Below, in pieces: positions 36,023-48,470 of a stretch of 64,000 bases of DNA. The notes under the pieces were generated by a model that had not been told where the DNA came from, searched no databases, and worked only from the letters and a program-made list of their open reading frames with translations. This stretch comes from Tubiluchus corallicola. Taxonomy: Eukaryota; Animalia; Priapulida. The position numbers and the translations under genes are program-made. The stretch lies in assembly GCA_030141605.1 (NCBI GenBank), contig JAQGDQ010000004.1, positions 620,001-684,000 of the forward strand, in the 5' to 3' direction. Each line of letters starts with the position of its first letter. The stretch's first letter is position 1.

Positions 36023-39000
36023 TGGGGGTAGATGGGGCTCCTTAGCCTTGGTCGGCAATTCATCTAGGTGAAGGAAAACACTGGTCACAAACCTCCACTG
36101 CCTTGCGGCTATACCCTCCATGAGAAAGGCTTTGGGAGTAAACCCCAAGGAAAAATCCGGAGCTGGAGTCCCTATAGGCGGGTCATGTTGCATAGCACCA
36201 TGATTCCGACAACTCCTACGATGCCTGAAGTACCAGATGTGCTGGCTCTGCCTTTCCTATGGATCATACTTGTGGCGTGGAGAGAGTGAGGCTGGTGACC
36301 TGGTGCAATCCCTCCCTCACTTTAAACCAAGTCACGCACAAGTCATGATGACAGGTCACCACCAAAAACTCAAAGTCCTGTGGCGATGGGGGAGTGGCGA
36401 ACCAGCAAGTGCAGATTACACTCAAGCTGCAGTCACAAATCTACACACAGGTGGCTCAGGGCACGTGGTTGCTCTCAACTGACCGAGGCAGCAGCGGAAT
36501 TCGGCAGCCCCCTGGGCGACTGAGCAGCCCTCTTTAGGAACGCTCTGCTCACCCCCGTAGCATGGGGAGCGGACTAGAAAAGGTGTCCCAAACATAGCCT
36601 GCCTCAACACTTTCCTGGTCCAGCAAGCCGCAGCTGGCGGGAAATCCCATCTGTGCGGTCGAAAGAACAAGAGAAAAATTACACTAACACTGGGTGCCTG
36701 GAATGTCAGGACACTACTCGACAATGGCAACACCAACAGACCTGAAAGAAGAACTGCTCTTATAGCAAAAGAATTACAAAGATACAAAATTGACATAGCT
36801 GCCTCAGCGAAACACGCCTTGCAGAGAAAGGACAACTCTCTGAAGCTGGCGGCGGATACACTTTCTTTTGGAGTGGGAGACCATTAGGTGAGAAAAGAGA
36901 GGCAGGAGTTGGATTTGCAGTCAGAAATGGCCTTGTGAAGAACCTCTTAAAACTTCCAGATGGCATCAACGACCGGCTTATGGCTCTCCAACTACCTCTC
37001 ACGAAAGGGAAGAAAGCTACACTCATAAGTGCATATGCACCAACCATGACCAACCCAGATGACATCAAGGACAAGTTTTATGAAGAGCTAGATGCTACCA
37101 TCATAAATGTTCCAACATCAGACAAGCTCATACTACTTGGAGATTTCAATGCTAGAGTGGGTACAGATCACCAATCATGGGAAGGAGTTATTGGCACACA
37201 AGGAGTGGGAAAATGTAACAGCAGTGGGATCCTGCTACTACAGGCATGTGCAACCCATGAACTCATCATCACAAACACACTATTCCATCTTCCCAAGTGC
37301 AATAAAACAACCTGGATGCATCCAAGATCAAAACATTGGCACTTGATAGACTTCATCATCGTCAGGAAGAAAGATCGGCAAGACGTGAGGGTGACCAAAG
37401 CAATGAGAGGTGCAGAGTGCTGGACAGATCATCATCTTCTCATATCCAAACTCAGCCTACACATCCAACCTAAAAGGCCACAAGGCAAAAAGACCATGAA
37501 GAAACTGGATGTTGGGAAACTTCAAAATAAGGTAACTGCTAGCAGCTTCTCCCAAAGCCTTGACAAAAAGATCTCGGAGTCATCTCAAGACGCCACCACT
37601 GTTGACCAGAAATGGGAGCACTTCAGAGACCTGGTCTACTCAACAGCCCATGAACATCTAGGGCTTGCTACGAAAGAACATCAACACTGGTTTGATGAAA
37701 ACGATCCTGAAATTATCGCTTTGATAGCATCCAAACACCATCTACTTAGGGTACACCAAAATGACCCCACATCAGAAGCGAAGAGGGCAGCATTCATACA
37801 TAAACGCAATGAGGTGCAAAGGAAACTCCGTGAAATGCAAGACGCCCGGCTGTCAAGGAAAGCAGAAGAAATACAACACTACGCTGACACCAACAACTCA
37901 AAAAAGTTCTATGATGCCCTCAAGTCCATTTACAGTCCGCAACCATCTGGGACTTCACCACTCCTCCACGCAGATGGAACAAAGTTGCTAACTGACAAGT
38001 CTGACATCCTAGAAAGGTGGGCAGAACATTTCAACACCGTTCTAAACCGACCATCATCCATAAACGCAGAAGCAATAGACCGACTACCCCAAATGGAAAT
38101 AAATGAAGACCTAGATTAACCACCAACACTAGAGGAGATCGTCAAAGCCATTGAACAAACCTCCCATGGCAAAGCACCAGGTGCTGATGGAATACCAGTC
38201 GAAATCTACAAGACAGGGGGGGGGGGGGGCAGCAATGCTACAAGAACTTACCGACCTATTCCAGTTGATGTGGCAGGAAAGCAAACTTCCTCAAGACCTC
38301 CGAGATGCTACAGTTGTTCACACTTACAAACGAAAAGGGAACAGGCAGTCATGTGACAACCACAGAGGTATATCTCTGCTGTCCATAGTGGGTAAGATCC
38401 TGGCACATGTCCTACTAAATCAACTGTTGTTGCACCTGGAGAAAGACCTTCTCCGAGAGAGCCAGTGTGGCTTTAGAGCAGGCAGAGGAACGGTGGATAT
38501 GATTTTTGCTGCAAGACAACTTTAAGAGAAGTGCCAAGAACAGAATGTCAGCCTCTTCACAACATTCATAGTCATAGATCTCACCAAGGCTTTTGATACT
38601 GTCAGTAGGAATGGACTCTGGAAGATCATGGAAAAATATGGATGCCCAAAGAAGTTTATTGATATTGTGCGGCAGTTTCATGAAGGCATGATGGTCAGAG
38701 TCCTAGATGACGGAGACATGTCTGAAGCCTTTGAAGTAACAAATGGTGTAAAACAGGGCTGTGTACTTGCTCCAACACTTTTCAGCATGATGTTCTCTGC
38801 CATGTTACATGATGCTTTTGAAAACACCCAGGATGGCATTAAGATAAAATACAGATCAGATGGCAGCCTCTTCAACTCCAGGCGCTTGCAAGCTACCACC
38901 AAAACCCATGTAACCACAGTCAAAGACTTTCTTTTTGCTGATGACTGCGTTCTCAGTGCCACCTCCCAAGAACAAATTCAAAGAGAGATGGCCCACTTCG

Positions 39001-39951
39001 CATCAGCCTGCAAGAACTACGGCCTAACAATCTCTACAAAGAAAACTGAAGTTATGTACCAACCAGCCCCAGACGCCCCACAGGTTCAGCCAAAGATTTT
39101 AGTGAATGGTCAAGAACTAATCTTTGTTGACAACTTCACATACCTAGGGAGCACCCTTACCACAGCTGCCAACATCGATACAGAAATCAACAACAGAATT
39201 GCCAAGGGTAGCGCTTCATTTGGAAGACTCCACTCCAACGTATGGGACAGGAGAGGCATCAGAACCACCACAAAATTGAAGGTGTATAGAGCTGTTGTCA
39301 TCACCACTCTCCTCTATGCCAGTGAATCCTGGACATTATATAGGAGACACATAAAACAGCTTAACCACTTTCACATGGGCTGTCTGAGGAAAATCCTGCA
39401 CATCAAGTGGCAGGACAAGGTGCCAGACACAGAGGTACTTAACAGAGCTGACCTCCCCAGCATCCATACACTCCTCCTCAAAACACAAGTTTGGTGGGCA
39501 GGACATGTGATTCGCATGCCAGACAACTTCATACCAAAGAAAATGCTCTATGGAGAACTTGTGTCTGGAAAGAGAAAGGTTGGACGACCAAAGAAACGCT
39601 TCAAAGACAGCCTGAAGGCCTCACTCAAGGAGCTCACCATGGATATCCGCTCAATGGAAACCCTTGCACAAGATCGCTCAGCATGGCAGAGTGCCATCAG
39701 CACAGGGGCTAAGACTGCAGAGGCGAAAAGAATTGAGGAGGCAGAGGAGAAGCGCACCAGACGCAAGGCATGTGACACTGCCCAACAACAGGTCCAAACA
39801 CCCAGCCTCACCTGTGCCAAATGCCAAAGAAGTTTCCAGGCCAGAATTGGCCTTGTCAGTCACCTTCGAGTTCATCAAAGGAATGACAACCCCCCAAACT
39901 GACCTTTTATCCCTGTCACTATGGTCATCTTCGATTCGAAAGACGAACATC
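36023..39951 (+). mobile_element. Full-length RTE-clade (BovB-like) non-LTR retrotransposon, antisense in SF3A2 intron 6
   Basis: TSD AATGCAAGTC at 36013-36022 and 39952-39961. Has an RTE-type 5'UTR, an APE endonuclease, an RT, a C-terminal C2H2-like finger, and an RTE 3' end GTCATCTTCGATTCGAAAGACGAACA. Confidence 0.95.
36650..39902 (+). pseudogene. Disrupted RTE APE-RT ORF
   Basis: Motifs: GAWNVRTL, SETR, LGDFNARVG, TDH (APE); QCGFR, DLTKAFD, GVKQG, FADD (RT); CAKC...HLRVH. Lesions: frameshift near 36803, TAA at 38117-38119, frameshift in the G14 run (38216-38229), TAA at 38523-38525. Start position approximate. Confidence 0.93.
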
Positions 39952-40079
39952 AATGCAAGTCACATCTGACCATAGTGGACAATTTTCTAGCTGCTTCATT
40001 AGCCAAAATTTGGTCAAATTATGGCAGTAGGTACCAGGTATGTTTAAAAAAGACACAAACTTGGTGATACAATACTCTT

Positions 40080-41173
40080 ATCCAATGATATGATAACGAT
40101 ATCCATTTTTTAAACGACATGATACGATAAATTACCTTGAGCAAAAAAAACGACACTGAAGTTAGACAATTTATGCAACAACTTAAAATAATTATTAATA
40201 TTAAAATTAGTAAGTGCTGTATACTTAAATGGCTGCTAGTTATGAAACACAAGTTTTCCGGGTCTTTATGTCTAATAAAGTGGCATGATATTTAACTATA
40301 ATTATATTATGTTTTTAACACACTATTCACATTCAACATGTAAGTTAAGCCAGACTAAGATTCTGGTACAATACGCATCACAAATATAAGCAACTACTAT
40401 AAGAGCTTCATGAATCCACATCTGTCATTGTTAGTCAGTGGGCCTGCAGTCTACAAAAAATAATATTATTATGTGCTCTCTCTATCGCTTATCTCTGCTT
40501 GATTTAAGTTTTTGAACTCCAAAAAGGAACTTTGCATAAAGAAAAAGTGCTTATGTAAATGAAATAGGTGGTTTTGCAAGAGCAGCCCATTGTTGCATGC
40601 AGAGCAAGAACTAAGAAGCCAGGCAGATGGAATGAATCATTTAGCAACTACGTCTATATTGCAATTATCATTGACGCTTGCCTCTTTCAAATGTTTAGCA
40701 ACAATTGCAGTTGAGCTGAATTACTTCAGTAATAAAAGTAAAATGCTTCTGATAGATTTCAAAAATTCTGTGTACTATTTCTCAGCCGCGATTTTTGCTT
40801 TACACTCAGCTGCCACTCACAAAAGTGTAAGTCACGTATATAGGGTATACAGTACAATGTATTGGCAACCGTGCATTAGTATGATTCAGAAATTGCTGTT
40901 ATTGCCAGGGCGAAAGTACAAGAAAATGACTTGGCGTCTGACATGCTTATAATTTTAAATTATTCTTTTATTCACTTTTTTGCGTAATTAATCTAAATAA
41001 ATGGAAAAACAAAGTGAAGCGATTTTATATAGGTAAGCGATAAACAACGATTCGTTCGAATTCGATATAATAACGATATTCCTAGAATATTATCGATATG
41101 ATAAAAACGAATTTTTTGTTTTGATGCGATAGTCAATAATCATCGATATGTATCGTTATCTTTAACGTCCCTA
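40080..41173. mobile_element. Non-autonomous hAT-like element relic
   Basis: Right end ...TATCGTTATCTTTAACGTCCCTA with clustered ATCGAT/GATAACGAT subterminal repeats at 41040-41165 and 40085-40130. Left end unclear. Confidence 0.45.
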
Positions 41174-41363
41174 GTAATTACAGCATGATGTAGCCAAAAT
41201 TTGATACTATATTACAACCATAGTTTTTACTTCTGGAAATCATAAAAATTAAAAGGGATCATCTGCAAAGACTTAAATAAGGTAGTGCAAAGCTTTTGAA
41301 GTCTAACTCAGCAGAATAAAGACAAGCACTTAAAATTGGTTTTCAATCTTACTAAAGGAGTAC

Positions 41364-41504
41364 CTTGAAAGCTATAGTTTCATAAGGTTCTGCAGCAAAT
41401 AACAGGTACTGCCATCTTCTGTCAGGTGGTTCAACTTTCTGCTCATACGCTGACATAAATCTGTGTCGCGGTGTCACATTGTCTGCGATCTCAGGGTAAT
41501 CCAC
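41364..41504 (-). CDS. SF3A2: SF3A2 coding exon 6
   Basis: VDYPEIADNVTPRHRFMSAYEQKVEPPDRRWQYLLFAAEPYETIAFK. Confidence 0.98.
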
Positions 41505-42415
41505 CTAGAAATACCATTTTACTATATCAGTTTTCCAAAAAAATTATATTTAATAACCTAATTCAACTTAGGGTATAATTTAAATTTGACTAATGTAGTC
41601 TGATTTGTTGTAACCCACTAATATTTTTTTTCAAACCATTTTTATAAAATTTGTATGTAGTGGGATCTCAATATCATATCTTACAAGGCACTTGGTTTAC
41701 TGTCTAACTGTGAGAATAATTAAAATTTAAAAATGTCATGTGGCACTCTTCATAACATTTACTTTGTAGAAAAAGCTTAGAAGCATTTTTCAATTGTCAT
41801 AAAAATTACTGCCCTTATCAAATTATCAAAGTAAGGAAAATGCAAGAAATTAGACAGGAGCCTAGAACATTTAATCATATGAAGAGAGGCAAAAGGTTTG
41901 ACATACTCATTTAGTAGTTCAACTATGCTACTTCAAAGAACAAGATTGCTGCCAACCTCTGGCCTGACTGTTAAGGGGTTAGGGCGGCTTTATTTATGCC
42001 CGCAAAAGTCATGTAATTAAACATATATAGGCAAAGACCATTTCCCATTCATGTTGATCCCTACTGAGCCAACATTTAGAAGGAGCTGTCTTTACACCTG
42101 AATTATAGTCAGCCCCAAGTACTTTGCAAATTTTTGCATATTTTCACCTCGTGGCATCATAAATGTTCTGAGCGACATGAATGGAGTTCTGAAATTAATT
42201 TTTATTGCAGTGCTCTTTGCACATCCTGAAAATTACTAGTTATCAGTGAATTCAGAAATGTATCACTTAAATAAACATCTCTTCGTTCAAATAAGTTTAG
42301 TTACATATGCAAAAATGCACTACAAGAAGAACAAGAACATTTAATAAAAAGTAACTAAATAAACTTTAACATTTTTATGACCTTTTTAATAATTCGCAAC
42401 ATAAAAAGCACACAC

Positions 42416-42465
42416 CTGAAACAGAAGACTCTGCTGCATAGATTCTGGGTCTCTTTGTTTTGTCA
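42416..42465 (-). CDS. SF3A2: SF3A2 coding exon 5
   Basis: VTKQRDPESMQQSLLFQ. Phase 1->0. Confidence 0.97.
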
Positions 42466-42845
42466 CTGAAAGAGAGAATATTGAATTACTCAACTATACG
42501 TTGCAAAATGGTCTTGTGTTTTCTTCCTAAACGAGTCTTTTTGTAACATTCATGTAGCAGCTTAAACAAAAAGTAAAGCAATCATAAATGACTTATTGAA
42601 TGACACACTTGGTAACAAGTAAGAGAGTTGATATTATTCGTTTTTATGAAACTTCGTTTGGCTAACAAGGAATATAATGTAGCTAGTTTCACAAATTAAA
42701 AGGATGAAAGGCAGAAAAAACACAAAATGGTAGCAAAGAAAACAATGTGAAGAAAATGAAAGACTAGCAAACACAAACCAACTGAAAAAAAAGAATGTTC
42801 ATTAAGATAATAAGAGGCAAGAAATTACTAGCAGCATTTTCATAC

Positions 42846-42955
42846 CCTTGTAACCGGGTCGACCAATTTTCACAAATTTCTTGACGTCAACTCTTGGTTT
42901 CTCTGGTGCAGGCTGTGCAGGAGCTTCTTTGGCATCTTTAGCTGCTCGTCGAGCT
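42846..42955 (-). CDS. SF3A2: SF3A2 coding exon 4
   Basis: ARRAAKDAKEAPAQPAPEKPRVDVKKFVKIGRPGYK. Phase 2->1. Confidence 0.98.
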
Positions 42956-43295
42956 CTGAGAAATTTACAGCAGTTACATTACATTTTTCATACTTCATTT
43001 AGGATAGTAATTATGTGTAACATTACGCTAAAATGAACTCACTGCAGATGTGATTTCTAGAATATTTTCAATGCCATTTCTTTAAAGCTTATTAGGCAAA
43101 ATTACATTGCAAAAAGCTAAAAGTGACCCAAAAGTGTACCAAAAGTGAAATCCTGCAACATGGGCGTTCTTAATTAAAGAAGCAGAAATTAGCTTCTGGC
43201 TAGAACAAAATAGCTTGTTCACATTATCAATTAATGCAAGATGACAGCGAAATGAGTTCAGATAATACTTTTAAGTATCTCTCTAATGCACTTAC

Positions 43296-43342
43296 AGATT
43301 TGCTTGATGTTTCTTTCCCTGTGTATGGGCCAAGTAACTTCC
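43296..43342 (-). CDS. SF3A2: SF3A2 coding exon 3 (matrin/U1C-type Zn finger, C-terminal half)
   Basis: GSYLAHTQGKKHQANL. Phase 0->2. Confidence 0.98.
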
Positions 43343-44647
43343 CTGCAATAAATTAAAAAATAAAACTGATTAGATTTTTTTTATAAAGTTAAATTCTATG
43401 CAAGCTCTCTCCTAGCACTCTCCTGCAAGGCCAACTTTATACAAATGTTTGTGTTGGGATTATGGCATAATTCATTGCCAAGGATGATCCTGCGAAACAA
43501 GAAGAAATGTTTTAGTTCAAGTTCAGATGCATACAACCTCCCACAATTGATGTCAACGATGGGAAATCTTATTTAAAAGCGAATGAACAGAAACTTAGAA
43601 AAATCCTAAATAAGAAATTTTACATTTTTGGCCCATTGAGAGTTCAGATAAAAAACATTTTCTCGAAAAAGTTATCTTAACAATGTTTGCAGTGGTGAAG
43701 CACCAGATCGGAATTCGGGTGCGACATCCGATAGATTCGGCCGGGTATTCGATCAGAACATGGGTTTATAGAATTACACAATCCACGCTGTTGTATTATA
43801 TCTCCCTGATTGCATTTTACTGTAGTACAACAATGCATTGTTTGTTCACTGGTTTAATCAGGTTTATGACAAAGTTACTAAACATTCACATGCATCATAA
43901 AGTCAGTAGTAAGCAGCAGAATTCTATCAAATTTAGCAAGTTAAAATTATACACTAGTTGTATAGCATGGTATCTGCTTTTACTATTAATGCAGTTGATC
44001 TTCAGTGGGCGAGCTGTTACCTAACGTAGTATGGTGCATTGTTAGTTCGCAGCCTAAAGTCTTATCTAAGAACATATCCTGGAAACACTTACGGAGCCTT
44101 TTTGTAAGAAAATTTACAAGTATGATTAATGACATTTTTGTGCATTTCCATCAAAAACTTTAAGTCAGAGATGATGCAATTGAATTGTAAGTTTACAACT
44201 AAAGGTGATTCAAAAACAAGTTTGATTATTGCAAAAAGTGCAGATAAGCCGTACTGATAAGCAGTTGAAATGAAAATTCTCGTGATTATAATTAAGTTAC
44301 GTCTAACATATTTCTTACAGTTAAAAATATGTTAAAAATTTTGTGTGCTGCATGTGTTTGTGAAGCTTAAGATGACGTTACTTAATATGCATTTGCAAGT
44401 TTTGGAAACTTGGAAAATTTTGTTAGGTGCTAACACATCACATCAAAAACATCAAGATTATGTTTGTATGGATTTTTGGCTAATATGGACCCACACATTA
44501 TGTCTTCTCACAAGCAGTTGGAACTTATGAATGCTTGAAATTTTAGAAATGATAATCAAAGGTTGCTGGATCAAACAAGAAATAAAGTTATCAAACTTAC
44601 CAAATGAGAAGTGAGTAAACAAATAAACAAAAAGTATTTATACAGAC

Positions 44648-44719
44648 CTCATTGTTATGTAGAGTAAGACACAGCTTGCATTCATACGAGCCAAGATGAT
44701 TCTTCATAAAATATGGATC
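44648..44719 (-). CDS. SF3A2: SF3A2 coding exon 2 (Zn finger, N-terminal half)
   Basis: DPYFMKNHLGSYECKLCLTLHNNE matches the recalled human sequence. Confidence 0.98.
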
Positions 44720-45021
44720 CTAAAAATAACCATATATAATTTAAGAATTGCTATTTATTTAAAAAATTACATACGAGAAAAACAATAATTTAAATTATTC
44801 AATGCATAATTTATATTGTTAGTATTGAATATGTCTAGTGTGCAAACAGATTTCAGTTTTCGTGCTAAAAATCGAAATAGGCAACAATGAATATGGTAAT
44901 AATAAAGAAATGAGTCTGCATACTAAATAAATAATATATACTGACAACAAGAAGCTTCTTAACGACAAATTTTGACATAGAAAAGATGTCTTATTTGGAT
45001 TCCTTTCTAGCAATTATTTAC

Positions 45022-45147
45022 CTTGTTTAGGTCTATTGTTTCGAGTGCAAGCTGCCGAAGGCGCTCTCTTCTATCTCGATTGCTCTCTGACCATGATGCC
45101 ACTCCACCAGATCCAGTTTTGCCGCCCGGTCGGTGCTGAAAGTCCAT
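45022..45147 (-). CDS. SF3A2: SF3A2 first coding exon (splicing factor 3A subunit 2, SF3a66/Prp11)
   Basis: MDFQHRPGGKTGSGGVASWSESNRDRRERLRQLALETIDLNK. An acceptor 9 nt upstream of the ATG implies a 5'UTR intron. Confidence 0.98.
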
Positions 45148-45546
45148 CTTCGTTCTCTGTGTGCAACATTATGAATGTCATTCATGACATAACATCATTT
45201 AAATTTTTCCTATTATATTTGTCTTATTTTTTTCTCGCAAGCCCGAAATTACTGTAACAGTGTGGTTCTTTGTGCTGTAAGTATCTAAGACATGCATTAT
45301 ACATCTTGAACAAGTTACATTTTTAAGCAGTATTCTGGTAAGACATCTATCATTAACAGAATGAAAAGAAGAAGTTTTTTCAGTGGCAATGAGGTCAAAC
45401 AAAATTTAACTGAATTTTACGATCTACGTAGAACACAGAAGTCATGATGCAGTAGAAACATCTTTGTGATCCTAGGCTGCTCGGAAAACGATTTCATCAA
45501 CAAAACACTTCAACCTGAACTTAGAAACGTTTGTAACTAAACTCAC

Positions 45547-45780
45547 TTTTGCAATACGATGCCTCGGTTTGTGATAAAAAACTATTACTTATAATAATTT
45601 GTAGCAGATTAATTAAATTTATAATGGGCAATGGAATATAAAAACGTACAAATACCCTTGCTTATTCAGTTAGATCAACAATAGGAAATCTTTCATTCTT
45701 CCTTGATTTTCTCTTTCCTATAACGACCAACGCAATAAAGGGAGGGACGCCGCAAAATCGCGGATGAGCTTTGTAAAACT
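45547..45780 (-). promoter_or_regulatory. Putative SF3A2 non-coding first exon / promoter
   Basis: Minus-strand donor gtgagt at 45546-45541 and a CpG-containing patch at 45720-45770. Confidence 0.4.
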
Positions 45781-45782
45781 TC

Positions 45783-46636
45783 CTAAAGTGATAGGAAAAA
45801 ATTTTGTCCAGGTTAACAAAAAAAAACAGGGGCAATAAAATAATTAGAAGTTGTTCACTGAACAGCACAATTAGCTGTTATTGAAAGCTCATGCTGCATC
45901 CTCCAGCCTGACAACCTCCTTATTAATACAACTTTGCCCTTGCCATCCACCACAAACAACTAAGTACTTCAGTCTATTTTTTTCGAAAACTGTACAGCCT
46001 GGTACCACATTGTTTTTTTTTTGCTGATTTACATTTACATTAAAAAAGATTTTAATACAGCATTTCGCAAAGATGGTGTCAGTTCGGACTGGCTCAAAGC
46101 TTTCATATCCCCAAAAGGTTCATACTTCCCTTCCATACTTCCCAAGATTCTTCAGATTCATCTAACGCAGATCACACTAGCACCTGAAAAATGTAGTCTT
46201 AGTGCATGGAAGTGAACTGCTCTCTTTATTGTAGGCATGTGGTTAACATCTATTACTATTTTTTCGGTTATCGTGTCAGTTCTCAGTGCTTCCAAATCTT
46301 GCTTTCAAATCTGCCAACATTTTTACTTGAGATGAGTGTTGTATTTATGCCTCTATAAAAACAGAGTTGTCCATCTCACATTGAGTTTTACATCCAAAAT
46401 TATCAGCATCATCGCAGTTGATTCCATCTCCCAATTTTACAACTAAACCAATGGATAATGACATTAATTCTGAAACATTAGGATCGTAAGGGTTGTTTCA
46501 TTTTTCATTCTGATCCATTTTTCATTGCCAAGAGTATCTCAGTTTTGCTGGATCACCTTAATTCGACATTTTGTAGTGTGGATGTTTTCTGTTTTTTGCC
46601 TGTTAAAGATGTCGTGGCATTGTGAATTGTTGTACA
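45783..46636 (-). mobile_element. Degenerate Academ (AcademX)-like DNA transposon fragment
   Basis: Broken minus-strand reading gives NNPYDPNVSELMSLSIGL..GDGINCDDA, then HMPTIKRAVHFHALRLHFQVLV*, FEPVRTD, and CKCKSAKKKQCGTRL..RKNRLK..VCGGWQGQSCIN..DAA*. This matches the recalled LPPT..H.LR...Q / Cys8-finger C-terminus of Academ transposases. Confidence 0.65.
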
Positions 46637-47836
46637 GTGTGCAGATGTTTGTGGTGGATGTCATGGGGAAAGTTGTACTAATGCAGATTTTATCAGTCCG
46701 GAAGATGATGCTTGAGCCATCAAGTACTCTTATTATGTTGTTCAGTGAGTAACTTCTAATTATTTGATTAAGTCTTGTTTTTTAATAAACCTGAACAAAG
46801 TTTTTCCCTATTACTTTAGCATCTATCAGAATATATGAACAGACTATAGGTTGTATTATAGTTGTTATTATATAGTTGCTAAGGTAAACAATTTTCACAT
46901 CTTTACTATAGCAACTGTGGCCTTTCCTGTATATTAATATCAAATTTATTGCCAGTTCCTATAGTGATTGAAAATCGAGGTTTCTCAATTTTTTCAGTTT
47001 AACTTTGTTACCAATGTCGTTGTTAAGAAAAACAGTAACCATAGCAAGCAATTTATGACATTTTACTTTACTAAGCATATAATGGTAACCTAGGCTAGAT
47101 GGCATTACAAGCTCATAGAAAGATCAGTTGCTACGGCTAATCTGCATGGGATGGTTAGTTGTGCCAAAATAACTTTCCGTTTTGCACATTGATAGACCTT
47201 TTGAGAATTTATTTCGATGCAAATGTAATGGAGATTATTCACCACATAAGCATAGAAGATTTAAGTTGATAAAATGAAAAATGTGCATCAAAGGTCATTT
47301 GTTCGTCATATTTTTGGCAATATTTTAATGGGACAGAGTAGCATTCTAGCACCAGTGGGACATAATTGACCAAATAAAATGAAGCAATGTACTATTATAT
47401 TAGCTGAATCACTTTGATTATCTAAGTTGCGTCACTGTGAGTAAGTTGTGCAATGTTGGAATGTATTGGACCTAGGTAACGTTTTATTTAAACGTCCAAT
47501 ATATCTAAGTTAACATAGATTTTGCACAAAATGTCGAGAGCAGTGCACTGTATAGATAAAAGTTTATAGGAGAAATAAAAAATAGCCTGGGAAATTCAAA
47601 CAGGGTATCAATGACTACATTTTTGAACTATTCTAAGAGGGGACAGTTTTTGGGGTAGTGCACCAAGAAGGACTATTCAAAATTTTTCTACTACTATCCA
47701 CATGATCACAGCAAAATGCTAACAGAGTCATCTCTCGAATCTTAAATGGCTACAGCACTGTATACCCTCATCCTCGCCATGCACAAATTTGCACATTTTC
47801 AGGTGTTCACCTGGACCTAAATTTCAACCGGCCCTA
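46637..47836 (+). mobile_element. Second Academ-like fragment (C-terminus plus 3' subterminal region)
   Basis: CADVCGGCHGESCTNADFISPEDDA* (46638-46715) and its downstream sequence to 46820 are homologous to the minus copy. Extension to the candidate terminus ...CCGGCCCTA at 47836 is tentative. Confidence 0.5.
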
Positions 47837-48343
47837 AAAAATTTTCCTAAAGTCAATTCACTGGGGGAATTTTTCTGGAATACTACATAACATACTGATT
47901 TAGAAAAAAACAAAAAGCATTTGTGTCGCAATTAATTCCCACAGATTAATTCCAACGGTATTTTAGCGTTGTTCCTATTCGCCTATGTAAAAACTTTGTA
48001 AAAAAAACTTAACATAATATAATGTAATTGTAATATTTAACTACTGTAAATACCGTTTACTATTATTCTTATTCTTATTATTATTACTATTATTATTGTG
48101 TCTTATTGTGTATTATGTTGACGATTATACCCCATGTGCGGGGTTTTGTCTGTGTAGTTTTTTCTTCATTGTAATGCATTGCATTGTTTATGTAATGAAT
48201 GTTTTGTAACTTGTAATTGCAATTGTAATTGTATGGCTTGTAAATCGTCAATAAATAAATATATAGGCCTAAAAGGCAAAAAGGAAAAATATAACAAATA
48301 TTCATTGTAGTACAAAAAGTATCCGAATGAAGTAATAAGTCGC

Positions 48344-48346
<3 letters not shown>

Positions 48347-48383
<37 letters not shown>

Positions 48384-48391
48384 GTACATTA

Positions 48392-48423
<32 letters not shown>

Positions 48424-48470
48424 CTTCCTTATATATAATATATATATTCCTTATATATATATAAGGAAAT
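48347..48470. repeat. (TA)n microsatellite cluster with internal palindrome
   Basis: Several TA runs, plus TTCCTTATATATATATAAGGAA forming an inverted repeat. Confidence 0.9.
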
